From Enoplolaimus lenunculus (taxonomy: Eukaryota): DNA of 64,000 nt. Where the stretch lies: the NCBI GenBank assembly GCA_030248215.1, contig JASANG010001402.1, positions 248,001 through 312,000 of the forward strand, written 5' to 3'. Positions 52,756 through 64,000 of this stretch are shown piece by piece. Both the position numbers and the translations under genes were made by a program. Each line of letters begins with the position of its first letter. The first letter of the stretch is position 1. Under the pieces are notes generated by a model. It was not told the DNA's origin. It was given only the letters and a program-made list of their open reading frames with translations, and ran no database searches.

Positions 52756-54119
52756 CGCTCGAAGTTAGGCAAAATACTAAGTCAGACGTGTGCCACAAAA
52801 CCTGATACAATTTTGACGCTTCATAGTGTAACGTTTGACTTTAATAAGTTGAAAACAGATTTTTTTGAAATTTTTGTACTAAGAATGAGCAAAAATATGA
52901 TATGTGACATTGAAAGCTTCTTGGTATTTATTAATTTGTTACTGTAGTGACCCGAATACAGAGGGGGACTGATATTCATTCTGTCTTTCCAGAGTGTGTC
53001 CACTCAATAAAACGGTTGCGGATTGTTATTTATTTTTAAGTCTCTCAATGTTAGTTTCACTTTTCTTTTTGGAGTTTTTGTTTGGGCCAGAACGGTGATT
53101 ACTTCGAAATGTTCTTTGTTGGTTGTTGTGTCTGCTAATTTCTTTTCTGGACTCGATAAAGTTTTTGCCAGTTGTCTGAGAGTACGTTACATATTTGATC
53201 AGTCAAGCCCATTTTTCTGCTTTGATCGCTTTTATGGACTCTAATTAATACTTTATGGACACAATATACTAACGGACAGAGGTGGATGCAGAAATTCTGA
53301 CGAGACCTTGGGCTGACAAATGTTATGAAACGCAAAAATAACAAGGTAGCGACCTTATCATTTTATCACCAAAAATTATTCTGCGGGAGAAAATTGTAAG
53401 GTAGGGAGGGACCTTATTAGTTTGTCACAAAAATTTTCTGAGGGCAAAATTTGTATTTTTTAACAAAAAAATTTTCTGAGTGAAAAGAATTGTAAGGGCA
53501 CCATTTTATCATAAAAAATTTTGATGAGGGGCGATTTCACCCCGACCCTTCTCGCCCTCCTCTGGTTCCACTAGTTCTAACGAATTCTGATTTACGAACT
53601 CCTATTGATTAGGACTAAAAAATAAGGTCTTATTAATACCCCTTCATATACCGGTCACCACAAATGCTATATGAAATCATCCTTTAGCATTGTAGATCTA
53701 TGGGATATGATCCTTAATTCCGTCACAAGCTTTGTCCGGTTTAAGCTTTCCTGTTCAAGCGTTAGCGGCAGCTTTTACGAATATTAAGTCATTTTCCACA
53801 GTGTAGGTATTTACTATTTATTATTCTTCTTTGTAATCACAACTATTTAGGGATAAAGCTTGTGCTTACTCTATTGCAATCCCGCAGAAAAACGTTCCGC
53901 TTCTGATCTGTACAGTTGCTAAAAAGGTGATGTAAGATTTGGTCGGCATTGTTGTGTTAAAAATGACACCGAAAAATTAATATTCAAAATATTATTTTTA
54001 CAGAGATTTTTTTCTGAAATTATAAAACGGATTTAAAATCGATTCTTGTACTCGTATTGTGCTGAAATGAAGGATTCTTCGTTTTCGACGCATTCGAATG
54101 TCTAAAAACAGCGTTAATA

Positions 54120-54269
54120 GGGTTGCGCTATACTTTTACTGTGCCGAACGACGCCGGGTGCCGTCACACGCCGCTATGCCTTACTAACAGAAATATATGC
54201 AAAATTTGTTTGGTGGCGTGCGGTGGTGCGAGTGACGTCCGTCGGCGAACGACGAGTATAGCGCAACCC
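54120..54269. mobile_element. GGGTTGCGCTATAC-TIR MITE (PIF/Harbinger-like); relatives at ~1668-1832, 17448-17610, 23617-23792, 62630
   Basis: GGGTTGCGCTATAC...GTATAGCGCAACCC inverted termini and a CG-rich core (cgacg/ccgtc motifs). The copy at 23617 has TTA flanks. Confidence 0.6.
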
Positions 54270-56402
54270 TCAGGGGTACATTAATATATGCCACTCACAA
54301 TTCCTGGAGATCAAAAAAACAGGCATATTTGCAAGCTTTACAAATGACTACTTTGTATATGACAAAAAATTTCAATGCTAACAGTGTTCCAACGGAATTG
54401 CGATTCTGGCTGAAATTCCGAAAAAATTTGCAATCCGATTCCGATTCCGACGTTGTGTGATTCCATTGCTGTAATTCCGGTATTTTCGGTAAAGTGTGTT
54501 TTTCCATCAAAATTATTTCATATTTAAACTTTATGTTCAACCTTGATTTAAGCCAATCAAAAAGACAGAAAACGTATTGCAAAACGATCTGATGTCGAGA
54601 ATTATACTACTTGCCACTGAAAACTTACACTAAGCAAATACTGCGTAAACTGTGAAATAAAATCTATTTGGTCTTACGACTAAAAATTAACAATATCATA
54701 ACACAGTTTAAATCTAAAAATTCCGATTCCGTTTCCTATCCCAACAAAACTAAGTTCCGGTTGGAACCCTGATTGCTAAATACACGCACGCCAAACAGGC
54801 CTTAATGTGCTTTACTAACCCAAATACTGGCTTGTCCACTGGTTTGCCACGTTTTGGCACACCCTGCCGCCAGATTTGCTTACAAAGAATCGTTGCCACG
54901 GTGGCTTGTTCGTCTTGCAAACGGCTAACCATATTGGCGATATGGCTGAATTGGTGCGGTGATGTTTTTGCAACAGGCAGAACACTTGTACTATTTTATT
55001 AATATCTGATAGTATCCGAGGTTATTGCTAACGTAAATAGTAGCAGTTGGATTAATCTTTAAGGCTCTTGTCAAGCCTTTTATACCTTAATACTTTAGTC
55101 ATTATGCATTAATATTATTATTTGCGCTATTATATATTACTCTGTTTGCGACTAGACTTTATTAATGATTAACGTTTGAAGCGGGTATGCAAGATTGTTT
55201 ACATGAAATTTCACAAGTCAATTTAAAAGAGAGCCGTCTCAAAGGCCTAAAAATGGGTCTGTTTTACGGGAAGGAACTCAGAGGCACCGCTGGAACCTGA
55301 CCCTTATTTGTATTCATTTGTGTCAGGTAAAGACGCTGCCTACATTTAATGCATCATTTACCAAAAAAAAATTTCTTTTGCCAATTTGTCACAATTTCAA
55401 AATTGTCATGCGTTAACCGTACCCTAACGCGTGTTACAAAATGCACTTTGACACGCATTAAAATAGGGCTGCCACATGTGCTAGGAAACGATTAACGCAA
55501 TTTTTGCGTTAGGGTCAGGTTAACGTGTGACAATTTTAAAAAATTGACACATGTTGACACTGCCGTATAATGTTTTCGGTGGCAAAGTGAAATTTTTTAT
55601 TGTGAACGACGCGTTAATATTGGTGAACAACTTGCCAACTTAATTATGAAAACCAAAGTGTAATCGCTTGTTGGTGTTCACGTATACTGGATTGTTTATC
55701 GTCCGGACCATTATTCCTCTGGAATAACGGTGCTAACACCATTGTTCCCCTGGAATAACGGTCCTAAGACCATTTGTCTCTAGAAATAACGGTCCTGGGG
55801 ACCATTCTTTCTACGGAACTGTGGTTCTACTTCATAGAACCATTTTCTTTCCGGACAATTTCTCTTTCAGTAGGATGGTCTGGTCCTACGACGATTTCTT
55901 CCTTCCTTAGATCAATGGTGCTACAACCTTTCATTTTCCGGAAAAAAGACAATTCTTCACTTGAATTATAATTTTCTTATACAATCATTCTATTGGTGGC
56001 CCAAGTAAAGATCATGGGCGGAACAATTTTCTGTGGGACTGGAATAGAGTAAGAATAAACTTTAGACTGATTTTTTGGCTTAGGCTTAGGTTTAGCTATA
56101 AACTTATTCTTGCGCTTTGGGGCTCATGTTACTATAAAGGCCGTCCCAATTGCCCGGGACACAAATATATCCGGTTGCACACTTATGCGCTCCGGTTTAC
56201 ATATATGCACAGGCAGAAAATTTACGTAGGTATATATACATATATACTTATATATACATATATATTATAGATATATATGTGTATATATTTGTGTATATAC
56301 ACATATATACATATATATACATATATAATATATACACATATATACATATATACATATATACATATACACATACATACACATATATTATATATATACATAT
56401 AT

Positions 56403-56874
56403 ATCTGTCCCATCTGTCCCAACTGTCCCATCTGTCCCATTTGTTCCAACTGTCCCATCTGTCCCAACTGCCCCATTTGTCCCAACTGCCCCATCTGTCC
56501 CATCTGTCCCAAGTGTCCCATCTGTACCATCTGTCCCAACTGTCCCATCTGTCTCAGCTGTCCCAACTGTCCCATCTGTCCCGCTGTCCCCTCTGTCCCA
56601 ACTCTCCCATCTGTCCCCTCTGTCCCGCTGTCCCATCTGTCCCATCTGTCCCGCTGTCCCAACTGTCCCATTTGACCCAACTATCCCAACTGTCCCATCT
56701 GTCACATCTGTCCCGTTGTCCCGTCTGTCCAATCTGTCCAAACTGTCCCATCTGTCCCAACTGTCCCATCTGTCCCAACTGTCTCAAGTGTCCCATCTGT
56801 CCAATCTGTCTCAGCTGTCCCAACTGTCCCATCTGTCCCACTGTCTCATCTGTCCCAACTGTCCCGCTGTCCCA
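56403..56874 (+). repeat. 9-bp minisatellite (A[T/A]CTGTCCC)n preceded by a TA/CA microsatellite (56230-56402)
   Basis: Directly visible. Explains the low-complexity ORFs at 56150-56881. Confidence 0.95.
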
Positions 56875-59686
56875 ATTATAGTTTTGGAATGTACTCCTGG
56901 TAGATTGGAAATTTCTGAAAAATATTTATGTTGGAGATACAAGTCGGCTTAAAAACTGGCGACGTCTGTGCATTTTACTTTGCTTATGGATTTCTTGCAA
57001 ATCAGTGCAGGGAACCAAATATGATGCAAGCGGCGAAGAACGTCGCTAATTGTCAAAATTAAAAAATGACAAAAAGGTCTGCTGCCAAACTTCAAAACAG
57101 TGAGAAAACTTTTGCAGCCCAAATTCAAAAAATTACGAAAAAATTTTGCGTTCAAAATTCAAAAAATTACGAAAAATCCTGCTGCGAATATGCTCATACT
57201 TATACACTTTGGCGTAGGCTTAGGGCTTAGAAATGTGCTTGTAATACTGTTCCGACCCTGTTCTATACACGGACCGAAATTTTTAACTTGTAGTTAACCG
57301 CGTCGCACTGTGGGCATCATGCGTACAATACATTAAACTTTGCATTATTTGGCGGCACTAAAATTAGCAATATTTGGTATTCCGGATAGAAGAATTATCC
57401 TAAAACCATTTCTTTCGATGAGGAATACTCGTTTCTTGGAGGGGAAAATAGTCGTTGGACCATTATTCCGGGTGGAAGAATTGTTCTATGACGAGACTTC
57501 CGGGTAGGGAAACTATGCCAAAAACCATTTCTTTTTATAGGAACAAGAACCATCCCGGGAAGAACGATGGGCCTGTAACACCGGCCAGTGGCACTGGGTC
57601 AAATTTCTCGATTCGTCGCGATGAAAGCAGCCCAAGCCACCGGGATACTTTGGGGTTTGATTATTTGGGTTCTTCGAATTAAAAATAGCAACCAACGAAG
57701 TTTCCTTTTTGGATAGGACTCAATCCATACGATCCCAAGTTACTTCAATGTACCCAATGGTATCAAAACTAGAGGCATTGGGACCGTTTCTCCCCCCAAA
57801 TTTGCCTGGTGTCTCCCAAATGGACTCGGTCTAAAACAAAACAAATCTTGAATTGCAGTTGTAGGTGCCCCAAAATTATTCGGTGCTCCCCAAACATAAT
57901 TTTCTGCAGAAGCCACTGCATGTACCATACCACCATTCTTAAAGGAATATCTTTGAATTCATTTGAAAAACTATTGTCTGTTCATTATTTTACTGTCAAA
58001 GTGGTTTTTAATTTCAGCCAGTTTTAACAGCAAAACGTTTCTGGAAGTGATTCCTACCGACGCCATTTGACTCCCTGACCCGTCGCCAGGTCACCTTGCT
58101 TGGGTGAGTAAAAATTATTCATGAGGCGCATACAAAGGTTTTCGAAGACTTGCAAACAAGGTTAAAAACTTACGGTACGTCAAACTTCTTTCAAGGTCTC
58201 GGGTTTGATGACGCCGTTTTTTGGCACACTTCTTTGCCTTTACTGTCTATTAAGATTAGGGAGAACAAACACAATAGACGGCGGCATACTAAGGTTGCCT
58301 TAATACCTGACTTGGTTCTATTTTTTGATTAATAACATCGATTTAGGACACAAACCTTAACGGTATTTTGCAACGCATAGACTGCCTTGCACTAATGACT
58401 TTTACAATTTCGCTTAGTGCTATTTTTTTCTACTGCTTTGTTGGCTGAGCTTTATATACATCGAAAAAGTTTATATATTTGTATATTTTTTGGTTTATGT
58501 TTAGTAGCGAGCCATTTTTTGCAGGACTATAATTGAGCAAATCCAACAAACTTTTAGAGGTATTGAAAATTTTTCCTTTAACCCTTTCTCTGCCGTAAAT
58601 AGTTTCTATTAACAGACGTATTTTCAAGTTCGAATTAGAATTCGAGTTCGCATCCTGCGGACGCCAAAACGATAGTTTTCTTTTTGTTTTAGCTAATTTT
58701 CACGCTGAAACCTTGTGCCGATGCGAGATTTACAGGACTTAGGAGCTGATCGAAATATAAAAGGCCACATACGCTGGGGGCTCTATATACAATGCTAACA
58801 CTGAAGCGAGCGAGAAGCAAAATACAATTTTAATAATTTGTAGAGTACTGATCATACTACTTTTTCATAAAATGTTTCATTGGATATTAGTAGGTTTAGG
58901 TTCTAGATTACATTTTTGCCTAGGCTTAGGCTTAGGCTTAGGTTTAGGCTTAGGCTTAGGCTTAGGCCTAGGAATACGCTTAATCTACTGTTGCGTCCCT
59001 TAAAGTAACATTGGCCGTATACTTTATAAAAATGTCTCATTTCAAAAAATGGGATCGGTGGCGTGTCGCCGCTCCGGCTGATGCCCCCTTGGCAGGTTAT
59101 AGTTTTCAGCGTTTCAATGTTGTGTGTGTACAAAAATCTATAATGGTTGATTGAGCTACACTTGTCGCGCGGCTCATCACGTAGAAATCACTGCAAAAAG
59201 AGGTTAGTCAAATTTACTCTTTCCGAAATAGGCTTTTCGGGAATATACAAACTGAGTCACATTCGACTCAGTCAAAGTCGAACGTGCTACTCAGTGAGTC
59301 GAATTTGACTCTGGCGGAGTCGAATTTGAGTCAGTTTGAGTAGTCCGGAAAAGCCTATGTCGGATAGAGAATCAATTTGACTCGCCGTTTTTTTTAAGCG
59401 ATACAATCCAGATAGCACCAAATATTATAGAAATAGGGACAACTTATAAAACTTCCGATTGGTTCACATTCAGTATTTTGCTGCAATTTTGCGACCGGAG
59501 TCAGATGTAATATAATATTTACCAGTCATCTCCCAATAGTTTATTGTCGGATCGAACCGAGGTGGTCCGGTTTCGTACCTGACGTGGAGCGGGCTGAACC
59601 GTGACCAATCATTCACGGAACCAGATCGGTGAATTCGAACTGGTCCAGTTCGGTCCGTATCGCTACTTTTCGCTCAATGGTAAAAT

Positions 59687-59970
59687 CAAGAGTGCATAAT
59701 ACAAGAGTGTGCAACTCTTGGTGCTCCGCATGGTACAAAATGTGCCACCGGGCGTTGCGTTTTTGGGCCGACGGGGGGTCGCTGTCACATGAATACCCTA
59801 AAATTAAACTATACGTGGAGCAAAAGTGCCACGGTTCGCACCGGCTATACCCTTCTCTAAATAAAGGGGTGTGGGGTGTAGCGCAAAAACTCAACGCGTG
59901 CCGAGTTTCATTCTTTTCTACACAGAATGTACCGAGTTGCATACTCTAGGTCAAGTATGCATCCATTCGC
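59687..59970 (+). repeat. Dispersed ~290-bp repeat, second copy at 12227-12540
   Basis: Shared sequence caagagtgcat..atacaagagt.tgcaactcttgg.gctccgcatggtaca...tcttttctacacagaat... Confidence 0.7.
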
Positions 59971-61100
59971 TCTTTATAAAATTTAGTTCAAGCAATAACC
60001 GGATATCCGATTTTGTACTCCTTCCGATTTGTTTACACACCCTTTTACCATGCAGAATATTCAATAAAATACACAAAAATATTATATTTTAGGTAAAATC
60101 TTTTGGTTACAAATTACTTAATATTACTTAAATGTAAAAAAACTGTTTAAAATAATTAATTGCATCTTTAAATTAATACCAGCCTGGTTAATACGTTATG
60201 ATGTGTCCTGATCCGTTTTTCGGGATCGTCCTTAGTCTTGCGAGCAGCCTGTCTCTCATTCCTTTGATGTTGTTTGGACCATGGATGAGCCGAAATGAAA
60301 CCATACATGGTCCGCTGATTAAATGCATGTTGCATACAGATGCTGTGTGCCAATTTACACCGCCAGTAAGTTGTTCTCGTTGGACAATTTGCCAAACGAC
60401 CGTAAACAGTAACCCGGCTACGCGGCGCCCTCTATTCCCTACTAGGGACCCCCAGGCACGTTGGAGGCACCCATGCCAATCGATGCATTTTGCTATTTCA
60501 CAAAAACTTTGCATCTTCGGTGCAATTACGGCTAAAACGTAATGTTGTACTCTTTGAAATTTTAAGGGGTACGAATCCCCAAACAAGTCCCGGCCCTGTT
60601 TGCTATAAATCCTGTAACCAGAGAGCGATAATTAAGCATAATGACGTATTTTAACTTTATGACAATATTAAACATAATACAACCGTTTATTTATGCGTAT
60701 ATATTTATTAAAACTTTACACCCGCAAGATTACAATAACTCGCCGTCTTAAAGCACATTTGAAAATTGGCTAAAGTCAACTTTGAATTTAAGAAAGCGTA
60801 GAAATATTGCTGGAGTTCAGTATACATTTACTAGTTTATTAATTATTATAAAATTTGTGTTTCAGACAGAATCGGAACCGTATTTGCGAGTAATTCTGAT
60901 CATTGTTGTTATATCGAGCTTAAACCTACTTGCCGGTGTGGTTGTCTGATGCTTAATATGTAGCAAATTAAGGTAAGTCAAACAGGTATGCGGTGTTCTG
61001 CTTTAAAGGTATAACCATAACGCTGAGCACGTTTTATAAAGCGTAAGTAGCGGTGTTATTTTCTGATTTGGGTATTCCCATACACCGTTGAGTTTGTATG

Positions 61101-61400
61101 TACTGTAGTTGCCCAAATAATAGAGGGGGACTGATATTTATTTGGCCTCTTCAGAGCGCACCACCCTGTTCGGTAACTCGTCCTCCGTCACAGTTCGTTA
61201 GCGATATATATCCGGTATTGCAACTATCCGTTCAATACACTGTTTATTTGTCTTGTATCAAAAACTTGACCGATAATGCAAGGTTATACTTAGGAATGTA
61301 CGTTCAAAACTTAAGTATGCTTTGAAGATTTGAACTCAACATTATTTGATCCCGGAGTCATTTTATGCACTAAATTAGGGATAAGTGACATTTTTGGACT
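61101..61400 (+). mobile_element. TA-flanked CTGTAGTGACCCGAATAAGAGGGGGACTG element end (Tc1/mariner-like MITE); copies at ~15450-16000 (inverted), 50278-50520, 52940-53806
   Basis: Recurring terminus TACTGTAGTKRCCCRAATA..GAGGGGGACTGATATT plus shared downstream sequence. Confidence 0.6.
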
Positions 61401-63336
61401 CTAATTACGGTTTCGGAACTCTATCCGCTTACAGACTTTTATTGGGATACGGACTCCAATTGATTGTGATTGTTTAACTGTGTTGTGCCTGTCCAAGTAA
61501 TCAAATCTTTTTGATCTATAAGTTTAATAGCAGTTTAGCCAAGTCGAAACTGCTATTACATAAAATAGCAGATTGGCGTGAATAGCAGAATAGCCTACGA
61601 CATATATATGAAAATTAACACGAAATCGAAACCAATCAGATACAAATTATCCCATGCCCTTCGATTTCTCTTTCCAAGATTGCTTACAAAGTAACGTCTT
61701 GTCTTCTGCTTCACTGGTCAAGTTGTAGTATTTGATTTTCTTAATTTTCGCCAACATACACTGTCAATTGCAATGAGTTGATCAATCAACTCAGACGGAA
61801 AGTTAGTTGCTTCTGAGTTAACAATAAACGCAAACATTAATTAACTCATTCTGAGTTGAGTTGATTCTTACTCTGAGTTGAATTGATTCCATTGGTAGAT
61901 GATTAATTAAACCAGAATGAGTTAAATCAACTTAAAATTATGAGTTCTGAAGGTCCTAACTCAGACTATATGATTTAACTCATTCTGCGTTAAAATCAAC
62001 TCACTGAAATTTGCAGTCTTGATGTACATGACAGAAAATTTAGCGCAACCAGCCCAAGTATAGAACAGGGCCGGATCGCTTTCCGGAGAGGCTACAATAG
62101 AGTCAGTTTAAGCTTTAGACTAATTTTTTTTGCTCAGGTTTAGGCTTAGGAATAGGCTCATCCATACGCTTAGGCGTAGGCTTAGGGATATTGTTATACT
62201 ACTGTTCCGGCCCTGTTCTATACATGGGCAGCAACCCATGCTGTGTTAACAAATAAAGTAGGTTTGTACTTTTCAGATATAAATATATACGCCACATCCA
62301 GGTGCTTACCGGATGCTCTGCGTGGTTATTGCTGTGGTCTGCGTGTGTGATAATAACCATCGAATTGAAGCCAAAATCATCAACCAACTTTCATGCTGGA
62401 TTTTTTGCCGTTGCACTTGCAAGTATAAATGTAGCATGTTCGGGACCGTAGCCTAAGGGGGGGCAGGGGGCGCAGACTCCCTCTGGAGAAATTTTGTCGC
62501 ACCCCTATAAGATTTGCAATCTTGCTTGTAAGTCCTTGAAAACCCTTGAATGCCCCTCCTGAATAATTTTTGCCCCCCCCAGCAAGGTGAGCTCTGGCTG
62601 CGAGCCTGAACGCGGTAAGCTACAACTTAGGGTTGCGATATACTTTTTTTGACGTCCGTCACCGTACGTCAACGTGTAGCGTCGTACGTGAATGACTCAC
62701 GTCCGCTACCGTATGGTGATAGACGAAACGACAAACATTTAAAAATACACCCGCCTGTGATTGCCTACTCTAAATGCTAACTTTCCTGTCTACAGAGCAG
62801 AAACGCTGACAATCGGTTTTCAACAGCAATAACTACGACATCGAATCCAAGGCCATATTCTCAAATGCGTATATAGCTACTATCATCAGTTAGTAATAGG
62901 TGTTCAAACTCAATAAAGTATTGCAGCTGTTGAACTCAAAATCGGAACACAAGTAGAGCTAATCGTGTGCAAAAAAATGTGCTGAATCTTGAACGTCAGC
63001 ATTCACTGGTTTGAAAGTTTATAGGTCCTATCATTAGTGATTTTTGTATATAAATTCTGGCCCATGTGAAGAACAGGGGCGGAACGTTTTCCTATGGGAC
63101 TAGAAAAGAGTAAGCTTAAGCTTTACACTAATTTTTTACTTGACTTAGGCTTACACTTAGGAATATGCTCATTCTTACGCTTAGGTTTAATAGGCTTAGG
63201 CTTAGAAATATGCTTATATACTGTTCCGCCCCTGTTTCTTTACATTGGCTCTAATTCTTTCGGTCCAATGCAGCAAAATATAACATTTACTTCCGACAAA
63301 CAGCACCCAACTTACATTTAATGTTACTCTTTTCAG

Positions 63337-63920
63337 TTACGTTATTAACGGTCATCCCAACATGGGGCATTGCTGATCTATGCTTTAGCCGTTGCAAACG
63401 TGGCAATTCTCAACAGTCGGATTTCAGCAGCACTCGTCTACTAGAAGTACATTCGAGTAAATTTGGTATTTCAAGATCGTGTAACCATAGCGAATGTCTC
63501 AAACAATTCAACTCTAAATCCCAGCGCCGAAGTTATCAGTCAGACGCTAAACGATCCTCGGACGCGCACCAACATCAACACACTGATTGTGCCACCGTTT
63601 TGTCAAGCCAAACACGATTAGCTAGCTATCAGAAACCGCGAAAAAATATTTATTCAGCCGAGCAACCGACACCGATGTTAACAATTGCGACTTTTGCTAG
63701 TTCGAACAGCGATCGGCAATTTAGCGAATTCGATGGTGAATCTGGTTCAGCTGATGGATCATCCACGACTCCGCGATCTGGAGGTCGGTATCCGAGCCCA
63801 TCTGGGCCTTGTAATTTGAAAAAGGGCTCGTTACAATTTCGATTACCATTTCATTGTCATGCTCATGGCAAATGTAGTCAGAGCAAAACGAAACTACAGC
63901 ACGATGATGTCAGCTGCTGA
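63337..63920 (+). CDS. Possible early exon of an unidentified plus-strand gene (Ser-rich, disordered-looking ORF)
   Basis: Strong acceptor TTACTCTTTTCAG at 63336, then ~580 nt open in one frame with higher GC than the flanks. No recognisable domain. Confidence 0.35.
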
Positions 63921-64000
63921 CTTGTGTCGCATGCACCAAATCGTCAGTTAATGGGGATAGGCCTGACAATTTTGAGATACGGGTATCTGAGCTTTGAAAT

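Noticed and set aside
52565..52810. GL/LR-repeat ORF
   Set aside because: Translation of the telomeric array.
56150..56881. Long overlapping ORFs (CPICPN, LSHLSQ, MGQMGQ repeats)
   Set aside because: Translations of the 9-bp minisatellite and TA microsatellite, not genes.
60168..60586. Cys/His pattern (NCPTRTTYWRCKLAHSICMQH) reminiscent of a piggyBac C-terminal domain
   Set aside because: Too degenerate, and no catalytic region or convincing TTAA-flanked TIR is visible.

Overview
Eukaryotic, AT-rich, repeat-dense DNA, most likely from a nematode (TTAGGC telomere-type repeats, TTTCAG splice acceptors, nematode-like GRTHYQ motif in ADSL). Two intact multi-exon genes lie in tandem on the minus strand and were rebuilt by hand from GT-AG junctions with consistent phases. 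They are adenylosuccinate lyase (13 exons, 5855-15174, 479 aa) and a CBM20 + GDPD glycerophosphocholine phosphodiesterase of the GPCPD1/GDE5 type (13-15 exons, 21010/21324/22122-44437). A possible third gene begins on the plus strand near the right end. Introns and intergenic DNA are full of non-autonomous elements: a GGCC-ended MITE family with 8-bp TSDs (Merlin-like) carrying TTAGGC repeats (about 20 copies), hAT-, Tc1-, Harbinger- and Ginger-like MITEs, a Helentron/HINE-like element, a Penelope GIY-YIG remnant arranged as an inverted repeat, a LINE 3' fragment, a 33-bp satellite, a 9-bp minisatellite and a ~420-bp interstitial telomeric array. The most unusual object is a 5.3-kb element in GPCPD1 intron 5. 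It has long AGTAGA-initiated TIRs and a near-perfect 6-bp TSD (Polinton/Maverick-type ends), and it carries a decayed HTH-containing gene with no recognisable integrase or transposase core.
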